Positions 56,311-64,000 of a DNA stretch of 64,000 bases are shown piece after piece. A program made the translations under genes and the position numbers. How positions within the stretch are numbered: position 1 is the first letter of the stretch; each line of letters starts with the position of its first letter. This DNA comes from Candidatus Woesearchaeota archaeon. GTDB taxonomy: Archaea > Nanobdellota > Nanobdellia > Woesearchaeales > SKIA01. The notes beneath the pieces were generated by a model that saw only the letters and a program-made list of their open reading frames with translations, had not been told where the DNA came from and searched no databases. The DNA is taken from assembly GCA_046704725.1 (NCBI GenBank), contig JBJKRI010000003.1, positions 64,001 through 128,000 of the forward strand. The letters run 5' to 3'.

Positions 56311-56874
56311 TTAGGCAGAATCATTCTTATCCTCACGCGGAGCCACGAGATTTTTCAGGTACTTTTGAGGATTGAACCTGAATACTAATCCTTCCGCTCG
56401 TTCCGGCAACTCGCTGTAAAGCACTTCCACGAAGTCCGGTTCATGAGCGACATATTCACGTTGTGCACCCGAACCCAAATGCCTCTTTATTAGATGCCGA
56501 ATGTATTCATTCACGCTTTTCCTGAGCTCCATCGCATCAAGGATACAGAGAAGCAATCCAGGATGGAGGGACAAGTCCCCCTGTGTGAACACATCTTGCG
56601 CAATCATCGTCTGTGGAGCGGGATCGTAACTTATCCTATCATCGAAGTCTTTCAACGGGCTGTTGAAGTATATCTTTAGAAGCCCTTGTGACCATGGTAG
56701 CTCGCCTTTGCGGAAAGCCGCGAGAAGGAAGTATTCGGCGAGGACAATGAACATGGCAGGAGAGTCTGCTTCCTTGCGTAACTGTGCAATGAGCTCTTCT
56801 TGTGGTGTTGGTGCCGATTGATACTGTTCATACAGCTCGTTCGCAACTCTGGTGATATCGCCTTTGATTGTCAT
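56311..56874 (-). CDS. Hypothetical helical protein, AT-richer than neighbours
   Basis: 187-aa ORF with GGAGG SD. Confidence 0.7.
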   Translation of the reverse strand: MTIKGDITRVANELYEQYQSAPTPQEELIAQLRKEADSPAMFIVLAEYFLLAAFRKGELPWSQGLLKIYFNSPLKDFDDRISYDPAPQTMIAQDVFTQGDLSLHPGLLLCILDAMELRKSVNEYIRHLIKRHLGSGAQREYVAHEPDFVEVLYSELPERAEGLVFRFNPQKYLKNLVAPREDKNDSA

Positions 56875-56919
56875 GTTTCCTCCGATTCACATGAAAAGAG
56901 AAAGATAAATGCTTGCTCT

Positions 56920-57252
56920 CTAGAGGGGGAACAAGTCGATGTGATGGGCGTCTCCAAGGATGGTCCTGCGGCTCGAACCGACCACATCGTAGTTCAGATG
57001 AAAGTCGGGGTCTTGGCTCGCGTCGAAACGTTCTTGGAGGCGTCCATATCGCTCAATCAACTGTCCTGGAGAGATCAACTCCGGAGCGGTGCGATTCATC
57101 CAGTCGTCTCCTGGAAGCGTCGGAGCAGCCCCTCCGGCCATGCCGCCGATGATGGGGTCGAATATGACTGGCTGTGGCGTGTACAGCGCGGTCGTTCCCA
57201 TCCGGTACGCGTCTATGTGTGTCGGTGCTTGCAACAATTGTTCCAATGCCAT
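56920..57252 (-). CDS. Small hypothetical protein with ALYTP motif
   Basis: GGAGGGAG SD before ATG; 110 aa. Confidence 0.7.
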   Translation of the reverse strand: MALEQLLQAPTHIDAYRMGTTALYTPQPVIFDPIIGGMAGGAAPTLPGDDWMNRTAPELISPGQLIERYGRLQERFDASQDPDFHLNYDVVGSSRRTILGDAHHIDLFPL

Positions 57253-57441
57253 TTTGTGTTCTCCCTCCTGCAGAGCTCACGCTATGTTGGTCGTTCTCAC
57301 GCCCGTTTCTCGCGGACGGTCTGCAGGAGTGTCAGTGTTGATGCGGTGACGTGTCGTGGGGTTCTGTCGATTCCGTCAGGTTTATTTCGAGTCTTGTCGC
57401 AGCGGCGAACGCTTTGGGTTGTGGTTTTTGGTTGTTCATAT

Positions 57442-58875
57442 CTACAGGTCAACAGAGGACATGGGCAGGCCATTGTCCGTGATTGTAGGCCCTGTCCCTG
57501 AGTTCCAGCGGGCTATGGGCGGCGGGTGTGCGTCGTTGGGATTCCAAGGCCCGGGTAACGGTCTTGGCGATGGTCCGTTTAAGTCTGGAATCCAAAACAA
57601 TAGCCTTGGTGGGACTGGCACTGGACCGTAGTATGGCTCTGGTATGATGAATTCGTTTGGGTGTGGTCTTGGTAGCCATGGATTGAACGGGTCTGGTGTT
57701 GGCTCTGGGTCTGGTCCGAATGGGTGTGGCCCGATGGGCGGCTCTGGGTCTGGTCCTGGGAATGGTGCTATGTATGGCCTGTAGTTAGGTACTGGCGTAT
57801 ACAGCGCGGCCTCATGGCCAAGGTACGCTTCGACGTCATCGCGTGTGAGGAGCTTCGTGCCTTCCCGTAGCGCTGCCGCTTGCGCGCGGAAGCTCTGTGT
57901 ATAGCCGTCGGCCACGCGCTGCAGCGACGGCACGAGCTTGTCGCGGAACTCGCTGTTGCGCTGCGCGCTGCGTTCGTTCTGCGCGATGGCGTCCTCGGTG
58001 ATGTCGGCGTCCAGCGCGCGTTCCCGAAGCCTTCCGAACGCGTTCTCCGGATCATATACAGCGCGTCCTTCGAAGAGCGTGGAGAGCGCGGCGATATCGA
58101 GGTTATCCACGTCAGCTTCCAGTTGCCGTGCGTTGTATTCCCCGACGTCGAGCCAACCGGTGTTCCAGTTTCTCGGCGCTCCGTTATGCACGACGTAGAG
58201 GTCGAGGTCGTGGCCCGGAAGCTCGCTTCCGGAGACGACGACCATGGAGATGTCGCTGAATCGCGCGCCATAGACGTTCCGAAGCAACTGTACGACATCC
58301 TTGTCAGGCACCTCCACAGGGAATCCGAGCTGCCGCAGGAAGCCTTTCCTCGTGAGCGCTCCTTCCGTCTTCGCGGCGTACGCCCAGAGTTCTTGCGCTT
58401 CTTGCGGGATCGCATCGAGCTTCCGTCTCCAGGCGTCCCCGTTCCCGGTTGCGTCGCTCAGGAATCCTTCGGTCCAGAGGGCGAATCCCTCGTATGCCAC
58501 GATGCGTGGCCCGGAAAGTCCGGTCTCCTCGCGACCTTTCCATTCTTGCAGGTACGCGTCGCCAGCTCCTTCCCGAGCGCGTTCGACCAGCGTCTTTCCG
58601 GAACTGCTGTGTTCGCAGAACAGTCCGTGCCCGAAGAGTTCGTGGAAGGCGTTCGGGATTATCCTGGGGCTCGGACGGACGTATCCTTTGAGGACGGACG
58701 GCACGAAGAGGCCTTCGCCCGACAAGGTCAGATTGGGGAACGCTGCATGGTTCTGCTCCACGAACGCCTTCCACTGGGTCTCGTCGTATGGGGTGAGCGT
58801 GCTTTGTTCCACCTCGAACCCCAGCTCGGTCTTCGCGACCTGCTGGCCTTCCACCAAGGCGGTTTGAAGGTTCAA
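57442..58875 (-). CDS. Zincin-like peptidase / pol-beta nucleotidyltransferase-like fusion with Pro-rich tail
   Basis: FHELFGHG and downstream YEGFA; SGSELPGHDLDLYVV plus WLDV; tail of PDPEP repeats; TTG start overlapping the upstream stop (TTGA). Confidence 0.75.
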   Translation of the reverse strand: MNLQTALVEGQQVAKTELGFEVEQSTLTPYDETQWKAFVEQNHAAFPNLTLSGEGLFVPSVLKGYVRPSPRIIPNAFHELFGHGLFCEHSSSGKTLVERAREGAGDAYLQEWKGREETGLSGPRIVAYEGFALWTEGFLSDATGNGDAWRRKLDAIPQEAQELWAYAAKTEGALTRKGFLRQLGFPVEVPDKDVVQLLRNVYGARFSDISMVVVSGSELPGHDLDLYVVHNGAPRNWNTGWLDVGEYNARQLEADVDNLDIAALSTLFEGRAVYDPENAFGRLRERALDADITEDAIAQNERSAQRNSEFRDKLVPSLQRVADGYTQSFRAQAAALREGTKLLTRDDVEAYLGHEAALYTPVPNYRPYIAPFPGPDPEPPIGPHPFGPDPEPTPDPFNPWLPRPHPNEFIIPEPYYGPVPVPPRLLFWIPDLNGPSPRPLPGPWNPNDAHPPPIARWNSGTGPTITDNGLPMSSVDL

Positions 58876-59132
58876 TGTAATCCGTGGTATGTCATTGCCA
58901 TCGTCGGTGCGATTATCGGGAGCTCGTTATAGGTCCTTCCTGGCGCTACGTGCCGTCCGGTGTTGTATGCGGTCGGGCACTCGACGCTTTGCGGTCTCCA
59001 TTCTTTCTCCGGCGCTGGGACCGGGATCCATGCCGGCAGCTCGTCCGTCTGTCTCGGTGGCGGCAGTAGCGCAACGCCGACCTCTTCTATCGGATTCGTG
59101 AACGGTGTAGCGTACGGTTGTTGGGTGAACAT
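58872..59132 (-). CDS. Small Pro-rich hypothetical protein
   Basis: 86 aa, GGAG upstream, stop overlaps the next start. Confidence 0.6.
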   Translation of the reverse strand: MFTQQPYATPFTNPIEEVGVALLPPPRQTDELPAWIPVPAPEKEWRPQSVECPTAYNTGRHVAPGRTYNELPIIAPTMAMTYHGLH

Positions 59133-59285
59133 CGTTTTTCGCTCTCCGGGGAAGCAGAGCTACAGCTACGCTGTTCCACTGGTGTGCCTACTCCCCCCAC
59201 TCTCTTGGGTGTTGCAGTGACTTGGGGAAACTTAGATATAGACGTAATCACCATATTTTTATACGAGTACATACTATACATACTC

Positions 59286-60245
59286 ATGTCTCGCCGCAAG
59301 CTCGTCCGTTCGGGGAGCACGAGCTACACGCTCTCTATCCCCATAGATTGGGTGCGCAAGAACGGTCTGCAGGCCGGCGACGAGGTCGTCGTCACCGAAT
59401 CGCCGCGCGGCGGCCTCCGCGTGGAGACCGGCGACTCCCCTCACACGACGGAGAAGACCGTGTTGGATCTCGATGTGGACGAATTGAACGACGAGGAGAT
59501 CGAGACGCGTCTCTTGCTCGCGTACATCCACGATGTGGATGCTATCAATATCAAGGGTTCGCAGCTCGGCCGGCGCATCCCGGCGTTGACGGCGATCTCC
59601 CAGAACCTGATAGGATTCGACATAATGGACCAGTCCGCCGACTACCTCAAGATCAAGGACTTCTTCCATCTCGATGATGAGACTCGGCCGCAAGCCATCA
59701 TCCATAAGATGACGGTCATCAATCGGGCCGCGTTCGATGCCATCATCGCGGCTTTCAAGGAGGGCGCGGGAAAGGAGCTCCTCTACGATATCGAACAATA
59801 CCGTGACCAGAACAAGAAGCTGTCGAGCGTGGCGCAAAAGAGCATGTTCACCCTGCTCGACGATCCGCAGCGGATGCGCGAGTTCCAGCTGGACGCCCTC
59901 CAGATCGTCAAGCTCACCATGCACACCCAGGCGTATAGGCGCATAGCGACGCGTCTCGCGCATCTGGCGCAGGCGCTCACATTTATCGATTACGGGACCG
60001 ACGAGACGAAGGCCATTCAGCGACTGTTCAGGCGCACCCGGAACGACCACGACGAATTGCTCGTCCTCATCGCCCACAGCGATCGGGAGGGGCTCATGCG
60101 TTTCCTCGTCGATTCGCGGCAGCACGAGCGTCGTTTCCGCGACGCGATCGTGCGCACAGAGGACATGTTCCACGCGCGTGTTGTGGACTACATGCAAATC
60201 ATCTACTCGAACCTTCAGGAAGCGGCCTTCACCGCCCTACTTTAG
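59286..60245 (+). CDS. AbrB/MazE DNA-binding domain plus PhoU-like helical regulator
   Basis: RRKLVRSGSTSYTLSIPIDWVRKNGLQAGDEV AbrB domain; LLAYIHDVDAI, LIGFDIMDQS pattern of archaeal phosphate-uptake-regulator family. Confidence 0.85.
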   Translation: MSRRKLVRSGSTSYTLSIPIDWVRKNGLQAGDEVVVTESPRGGLRVETGDSPHTTEKTVLDLDVDELNDEEIETRLLLAYIHDVDAINIKGSQLGRRIPALTAISQNLIGFDIMDQSADYLKIKDFFHLDDETRPQAIIHKMTVINRAAFDAIIAAFKEGAGKELLYDIEQYRDQNKKLSSVAQKSMFTLLDDPQRMREFQLDALQIVKLTMHTQAYRRIATRLAHLAQALTFIDYGTDETKAIQRLFRRTRNDHDELLVLIAHSDREGLMRFLVDSRQHERRFRDAIVRTEDMFHARVVDYMQIIYSNLQEAAFTALL

Positions 60246-61259
60246 GCCCGTGTTCCCTGTGTTCACGATGAGTATCTTCTTGTGCTTGGGGATCTGGTCC
60301 CGCATCTGCAGCAGGAGCGCGAGCCCGGCGATTCCCGAGGGTTCGGCGGAAATCCCTTGTTGCGACGCGAGCTCCATCGCCTCGTCGATGAATTTCTCAC
60401 GTACGACATAGACGTTGGAGTCGGGTCCGCAGAAGCCCGACAGCCGGTAGCACCGTATCCATTGCTCCTCGAAGATGAGGAACGGGCGGTGCGGCGCGTA
60501 TAGCTTGTCGGCCTTGCTCCGGGGGTCGTTGACGGTCGCGCCGATGAAGTTGCAGTGCTTGAGAGCGTCCGTCTTCCCGCTGAAGCGCGGGTCGTGGTGC
60601 ACTGTGCTCACCTCGGCCTTGCTGATATTGAGGATGTTCTCGTACAGGTGTCCCGTCCCGAAGGGGATGAAGCAGTAGTCGGGCGACTGGTTGATGATCT
60701 CGTAGCTCATCCAGTCGTAGAAGCGCGTGTTCGGGTCGAGGCCCTCCGCGCTCGTGACGTCGATGCCGTTCGGGTTGTCCGTGTATTCCAGGATCTCCTT
60801 CCAGGTCAACGCCTTGCGGGAGAGGTCGATGAAGTAGAGCTCGCAGCCGAGCTCTTCGAGCTTCTCGACGATGTCCTTCTTGAGGTTGAGGTCCACGAGG
60901 CACTTGAGCGGCGGTAGCCCGTATCTATCCAGCATGGTCTGTATGGCGATTCCGGCGGAACCGCTCGTGATGATGGAGAGTTGCGGCAGCTTCTCGTTGA
61001 TGATGCCGTCCTTCTTGGCGATGAGGAAATCGCGGTAGGTCACGACCATCTCCCATGCGAGGCGGTCCTTGTGGGTTCCCGTCGGGTTCGTGCTCTCGTC
61101 CTTCAGCCAGATATCCGAGAAACCCGGTACTTTGATCCTCCGGGTCTGCGTCGAGGGGAATTGGGGATTGTCCGGCGGGAACTCCGGTTTGTGCGGGTCG
61201 TTCTCGCTCGCCACGTTGATGCTGTAGAGGATTTTCCTCTCCTTCTCGCTCAGCGGCAT
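60237..61259 (-). CDS. PLP-dependent fold-type II enzyme (threonine synthase-like)
   Basis: KDESTNPTGTHKDR Schiff-base Lys, TSGSA, PFGTG, AEPSG, VNTG. Confidence 0.85.
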   Translation of the reverse strand: MPLSEKERKILYSINVASENDPHKPEFPPDNPQFPSTQTRRIKVPGFSDIWLKDESTNPTGTHKDRLAWEMVVTYRDFLIAKKDGIINEKLPQLSIITSGSAGIAIQTMLDRYGLPPLKCLVDLNLKKDIVEKLEELGCELYFIDLSRKALTWKEILEYTDNPNGIDVTSAEGLDPNTRFYDWMSYEIINQSPDYCFIPFGTGHLYENILNISKAEVSTVHHDPRFSGKTDALKHCNFIGATVNDPRSKADKLYAPHRPFLIFEEQWIRCYRLSGFCGPDSNVYVVREKFIDEAMELASQQGISAEPSGIAGLALLLQMRDQIPKHKKILIVNTGNTGLK

Positions 61260-61370
61260 TCGTCGCGGGGCGGGAAAGGCGTTAATATGGATTCCGGTCG
61301 GCGTTCTGTCGCATTTCCAGCTTTGTCACATGCCGCAATACTTTTAAGCGACGTCGTCCTTCGGCCTCCC

Positions 61371-61952
61371 ATGCCAGAGGCCAAGACCGTCCCGCAGTTC
61401 GTCAATGCCGATATGAACATCGGCGAGGTGGTGATGCGGTATCCCGTCACCGCCGAGATCATGCTCAGCTATGGCCTTCATTGCGTGGGCTGTCATGTCA
61501 ACGCGTTCGAGTCCATCCGTCAGGGCGCTCTCGGCCACGGCGGCATGGATGACGAGGAGATTGTCGAGCTCGTGCAGGAGATGAACGAGGCTATCGCAGA
61601 GCGCGAGCAACTCTTCGATTCGGAGGCGCCGCTCATCGTGACGCGTCGCGCCATGGAGAAGATCGCTGAGTTCGCCAAGGACGAGAAGGAGAAGAACGAT
61701 ATGTTCTTGCGCGTCAAGGTATTGCCTGGCGGTTGTTCCGGCCTCACCTACGATCTCGACTGGGACCGTTCCGCCAAGGACGATGACGCTGTCATCAAGA
61801 CGGACAACTATGACTTGCGTGTGGACCCGCAGAGCCTCGAGCTCATTCATGGCTCCGTCCTCGATTACGTTGACGGCCTGCGCGGCAGCGGTTTCAAGAT
61901 CGACAACCCGAACGCGACCCAGCAGTGCGGTTGCGGCCAGTCTTTCTCGTAA
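61371..61952 (+). CDS. DUF1858-like domain fused to HesB/IscA A-type Fe-S carrier
   Basis: N-terminal YGLHCVGC..ESIRQGA..HG; C-terminal GGCSG and NPNATQQCGCGQSF. Confidence 0.88.
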   Translation: MPEAKTVPQFVNADMNIGEVVMRYPVTAEIMLSYGLHCVGCHVNAFESIRQGALGHGGMDDEEIVELVQEMNEAIAEREQLFDSEAPLIVTRRAMEKIAEFAKDEKEKNDMFLRVKVLPGGCSGLTYDLDWDRSAKDDDAVIKTDNYDLRVDPQSLELIHGSVLDYVDGLRGSGFKIDNPNATQQCGCGQSFS

Positions 61953-61983
61953 GCGTTAAATAGCTGTTCTCCGGCCTGATTCC

Positions 61984-62526
61984 ATGGGGGTTCCGGTGGA
62001 TGTCCGTCCCGATGACGCTGCGTATTGGTTGCGCGCGTCCGATGGGTCCGATTTCTTGTTGTGGAGCCAGGCCAGACCTGCGCATTCGGTTCGCCGGGTG
62101 GCGTCTGTCTGGACGCCTCATGCTGATTTGATGCGTTTCTTCGGGGGGATAGATGCTTTTCTCCGGGGCGCTGAGGAGAAGCGGCTCTCTTGGGTATTCA
62201 ATCTTCCTTATACAGCGTCGGCCGTGCATGATGATGGCACTTTTCGTGAGACGCCCCTCTGGACTGCGGACGGTCATCCGTATTCGTGTCGTTCCCTGTG
62301 CAAGAGTCTCCACATTCATTTGGATCGGCTCGTCCGGTTCAGCATCCAGGACAAGTGGGGGTCGTTGTCGCTCTCATCGATGGATGGTGCTTCGCCGTAC
62401 CGTGTCTCGCCGGGGATGGTGAGCGTGCTATCAATCGAACGTCCCGATGCGTTGCCTGCGTTCGTGGAGGCGTCGACAGGATTGGAGCTTCTGAGCCTGG
62501 ATTATCACTTCAGAGCGATCTATTGA
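61984..62526 (+). CDS. Hypothetical protein
   Basis: 180-aa ORF with TTAAATA box ~25 nt upstream; atypical codon usage. Confidence 0.5.
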   Translation: MGVPVDVRPDDAAYWLRASDGSDFLLWSQARPAHSVRRVASVWTPHADLMRFFGGIDAFLRGAEEKRLSWVFNLPYTASAVHDDGTFRETPLWTADGHPYSCRSLCKSLHIHLDRLVRFSIQDKWGSLSLSSMDGASPYRVSPGMVSVLSIERPDALPAFVEASTGLELLSLDYHFRAIY

Positions 62527-63238
62527 ATCGGGCGCTGCGAGCGTGGTGGAACAGGTATTGCTGCAGCAGTCCCGCTTTCGGTCCGAGGGTCTCCTTGCTG
62601 ATATCGTGCTCCGCGAAGACGCGTTTTATCCAGACGTCCTCCGGGCATGCTTCGTCGAAGCCGAGGCTGAAGAGCAGCACGCAGTCCGCGACTTTCGGGC
62701 CCACGCCGGGCAGTGTGCAGAGCTCTGCTTTCGCTTCCTCGTATGTCTTTGTCCGCAATGAGTCGAGCCAATCGAGGTCGATATCCTTGAGCGTGGTGAT
62801 GTAGGGCGCGCGATAGCCGAGCCCGAGCTTTCGCAGCTCGCTCTCCGTTCCTAGTTCGCTCGGCGTCGGGAAAGAATGGAATCCTTTCGTCAGTGGTTCT
62901 CCGAATGCGCGTGCGAGCGACACGCAGTTCTGCTGGATGCGTTTCTGGTGGTTGTTCTGGCTGATCACGAACGTGACCAGGCATTCCCATGGGTCCTGCC
63001 GGAGCACGCGCAGTCCTGGATGCGCGTCCAATGCTTCTTGCACGTATGGATGTGCGTGCTTCAGCACCGGTTGGTCGTGCCGGAAGAAGCGTTCGGCCCA
63101 CTCTGCGTGCTCGCCTTTGACAGTGCCGTCGTTTCCCACGAACACGACGCGATCGCGGTGGCACAGCCACGCGCCGTCCTTCTCTAATCTGAACCGGAAG
63201 ACCTGTCCCGAGGATAGCGTGTCGTGTAGCGAGAGCAT
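62510..63238 (-). CDS. 8-oxoguanine DNA glycosylase (OGG1/AlkA-type HhH-GPD)
   Basis: TLSSGQVFRF, LRQDPWECL..SQNN, LGYRA, LPGVGPKVADCVLLF, DVWIKR. Confidence 0.9.
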   Translation of the reverse strand: MLSLHDTLSSGQVFRFRLEKDGAWLCHRDRVVFVGNDGTVKGEHAEWAERFFRHDQPVLKHAHPYVQEALDAHPGLRVLRQDPWECLVTFVISQNNHQKRIQQNCVSLARAFGEPLTKGFHSFPTPSELGTESELRKLGLGYRAPYITTLKDIDLDWLDSLRTKTYEEAKAELCTLPGVGPKVADCVLLFSLGFDEACPEDVWIKRVFAEHDISKETLGPKAGLLQQYLFHHARSARFNRSL

Positions 63239-63260
63239 GCGCTGCGGAACGCGGTGTTCC

Positions 63261-63488
63261 TTATAGCGTTTGCTCGCGGGTCACGTCGACCAGGTGCATC
63301 CCTGCGTGCGCGTGCATGAGCACGGCTTCCGCCAGGCTGATCGTCTCGTGCCTTCCGACCGGGTGCGCGTAGTACAGGTTCAGCACGTTGCCGTATGCCG
63401 CCACGCCGACGACTCCGGCGCACTGCTCGTACTGCGCGATATCCTCTTCTGCCAGTTCCATGTCGAAGACGAGTGTGTGCTGTTCCAT
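63261..63488 (-). CDS. Small hypothetical protein
   Basis: 75-aa ORF with TTAAATA box upstream. Confidence 0.5.
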   Translation of the reverse strand: MEQHTLVFDMELAEEDIAQYEQCAGVVGVAAYGNVLNLYYAHPVGRHETISLAEAVLMHAHAGMHLVDVTREQTL

Positions 63489-63656
63489 GCGGCGTTTCCT
63501 GCGGAAACCCCTATTTAATCATGTCCGCAAGACAACCTATTCATTGCGCTTACGGAAAAGAAACGACGCATAATTGTTTTCTTATGGAAAGGTAATATGG
63601 ACAAGAATCGTTTTGCGCAAAGCTTCCGGGCACTGCCAAAGACCACGAGATGGTGG

Positions 63657-64000
63657 CTATCCTTCGTACTGCTTTTTCATAAGCAAGGCGTCCTCCTCGA
63701 TCTTGGGGCTCTCGCTGATGACCCATCCCTTGATGCTGAAATCCTTCCAGGCGCGGATGAGGTCCGGCAGGTTCATGTCGGAATCGCTGATGGGAAGATG
63801 GTTCCTCTCCCCCTTGGGGCCGTACTCGATTCCGGACATGTGGATGTGCATGCTGTGCAGCCCTTCCTTCCCGAGGTGCTTCTCGACCGTCTCCAGCGTC
63901 TTGCTGAACTCCTCGTAGGTGTTCTCTTCGCCGTTGCTTCTCGCGTGCAGGTGCGCGAAGTCCACGCACACCCCCACGCCGTCCAGTTCCTCTGCTAACT
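63657..64000 (-). CDS. Endonuclease IV / AP endonuclease 2 TIM-barrel protein (5' end outside window)
   Basis: CVDFAHLHAR, HIHMSGIEYG..GERNHL, ISESP..EEDA. Confidence 0.85.
   Translation of the reverse strand, partial: LAEELDGVGVCVDFAHLHARSNGEENTYEEFSKTLETVEKHLGKEGLHSMHIHMSGIEYGPKGERNHLPISDSDMNLPDLIRAWKDFSIKGWVISESPKIEEDALLMKKQYEG

Overview
A gene-dense, GC-rich archaeal chromosome segment, most consistent with a Woesearchaeota-like DPANN/Nanobdellota archaeon (inferred from gene content and protein styles, not from a search). Most of it is housekeeping. Translation and RNA genes: pheS/pheT, tyrS, pelota, Trm5, tRNA splicing endonuclease, RNase Z, RNase J, deoxyhypusine synthase and an intron-containing tRNA-Leu(CAA). 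Replication, repair and chromatin genes: rfcS, PCNA, FEN1, hjc, scpB, gyrA, nth, an OGG-like glycosylase, endonuclease IV and an archaeal histone. Other core genes: PAN, SOD, gpmA and PGI/PMI. No CRISPR array, rRNA, integrase or transposase was seen. Most notable unexplained features: (1) a ~1 kb AT-rich non-coding region after tRNA-Leu with three ~300 bp-periodic units, each an inverted-repeat pair 84-85 bp apart with GAATTC-centred boxes (candidate non-canonical replication origin or other protein-binding array); (2) an operon at 56.3-59.1 kb with a zincin-like peptidase/nucleotidyltransferase fusion and small Pro-rich ORFs sharing an ALYTP motif; (3) an ArmA/Rmt-family 16S rRNA methyltransferase homologue coupled to pelota; (4) a chromatin cluster with an H1-like K/R/A repeat protein, an unannotated 14-aa Lys-rich micropeptide and a core histone; (5) a cluster of paralogous Cys-patterned lipoproteins with a pilin-like protein and a Tyr/Gly-rich secreted protein.
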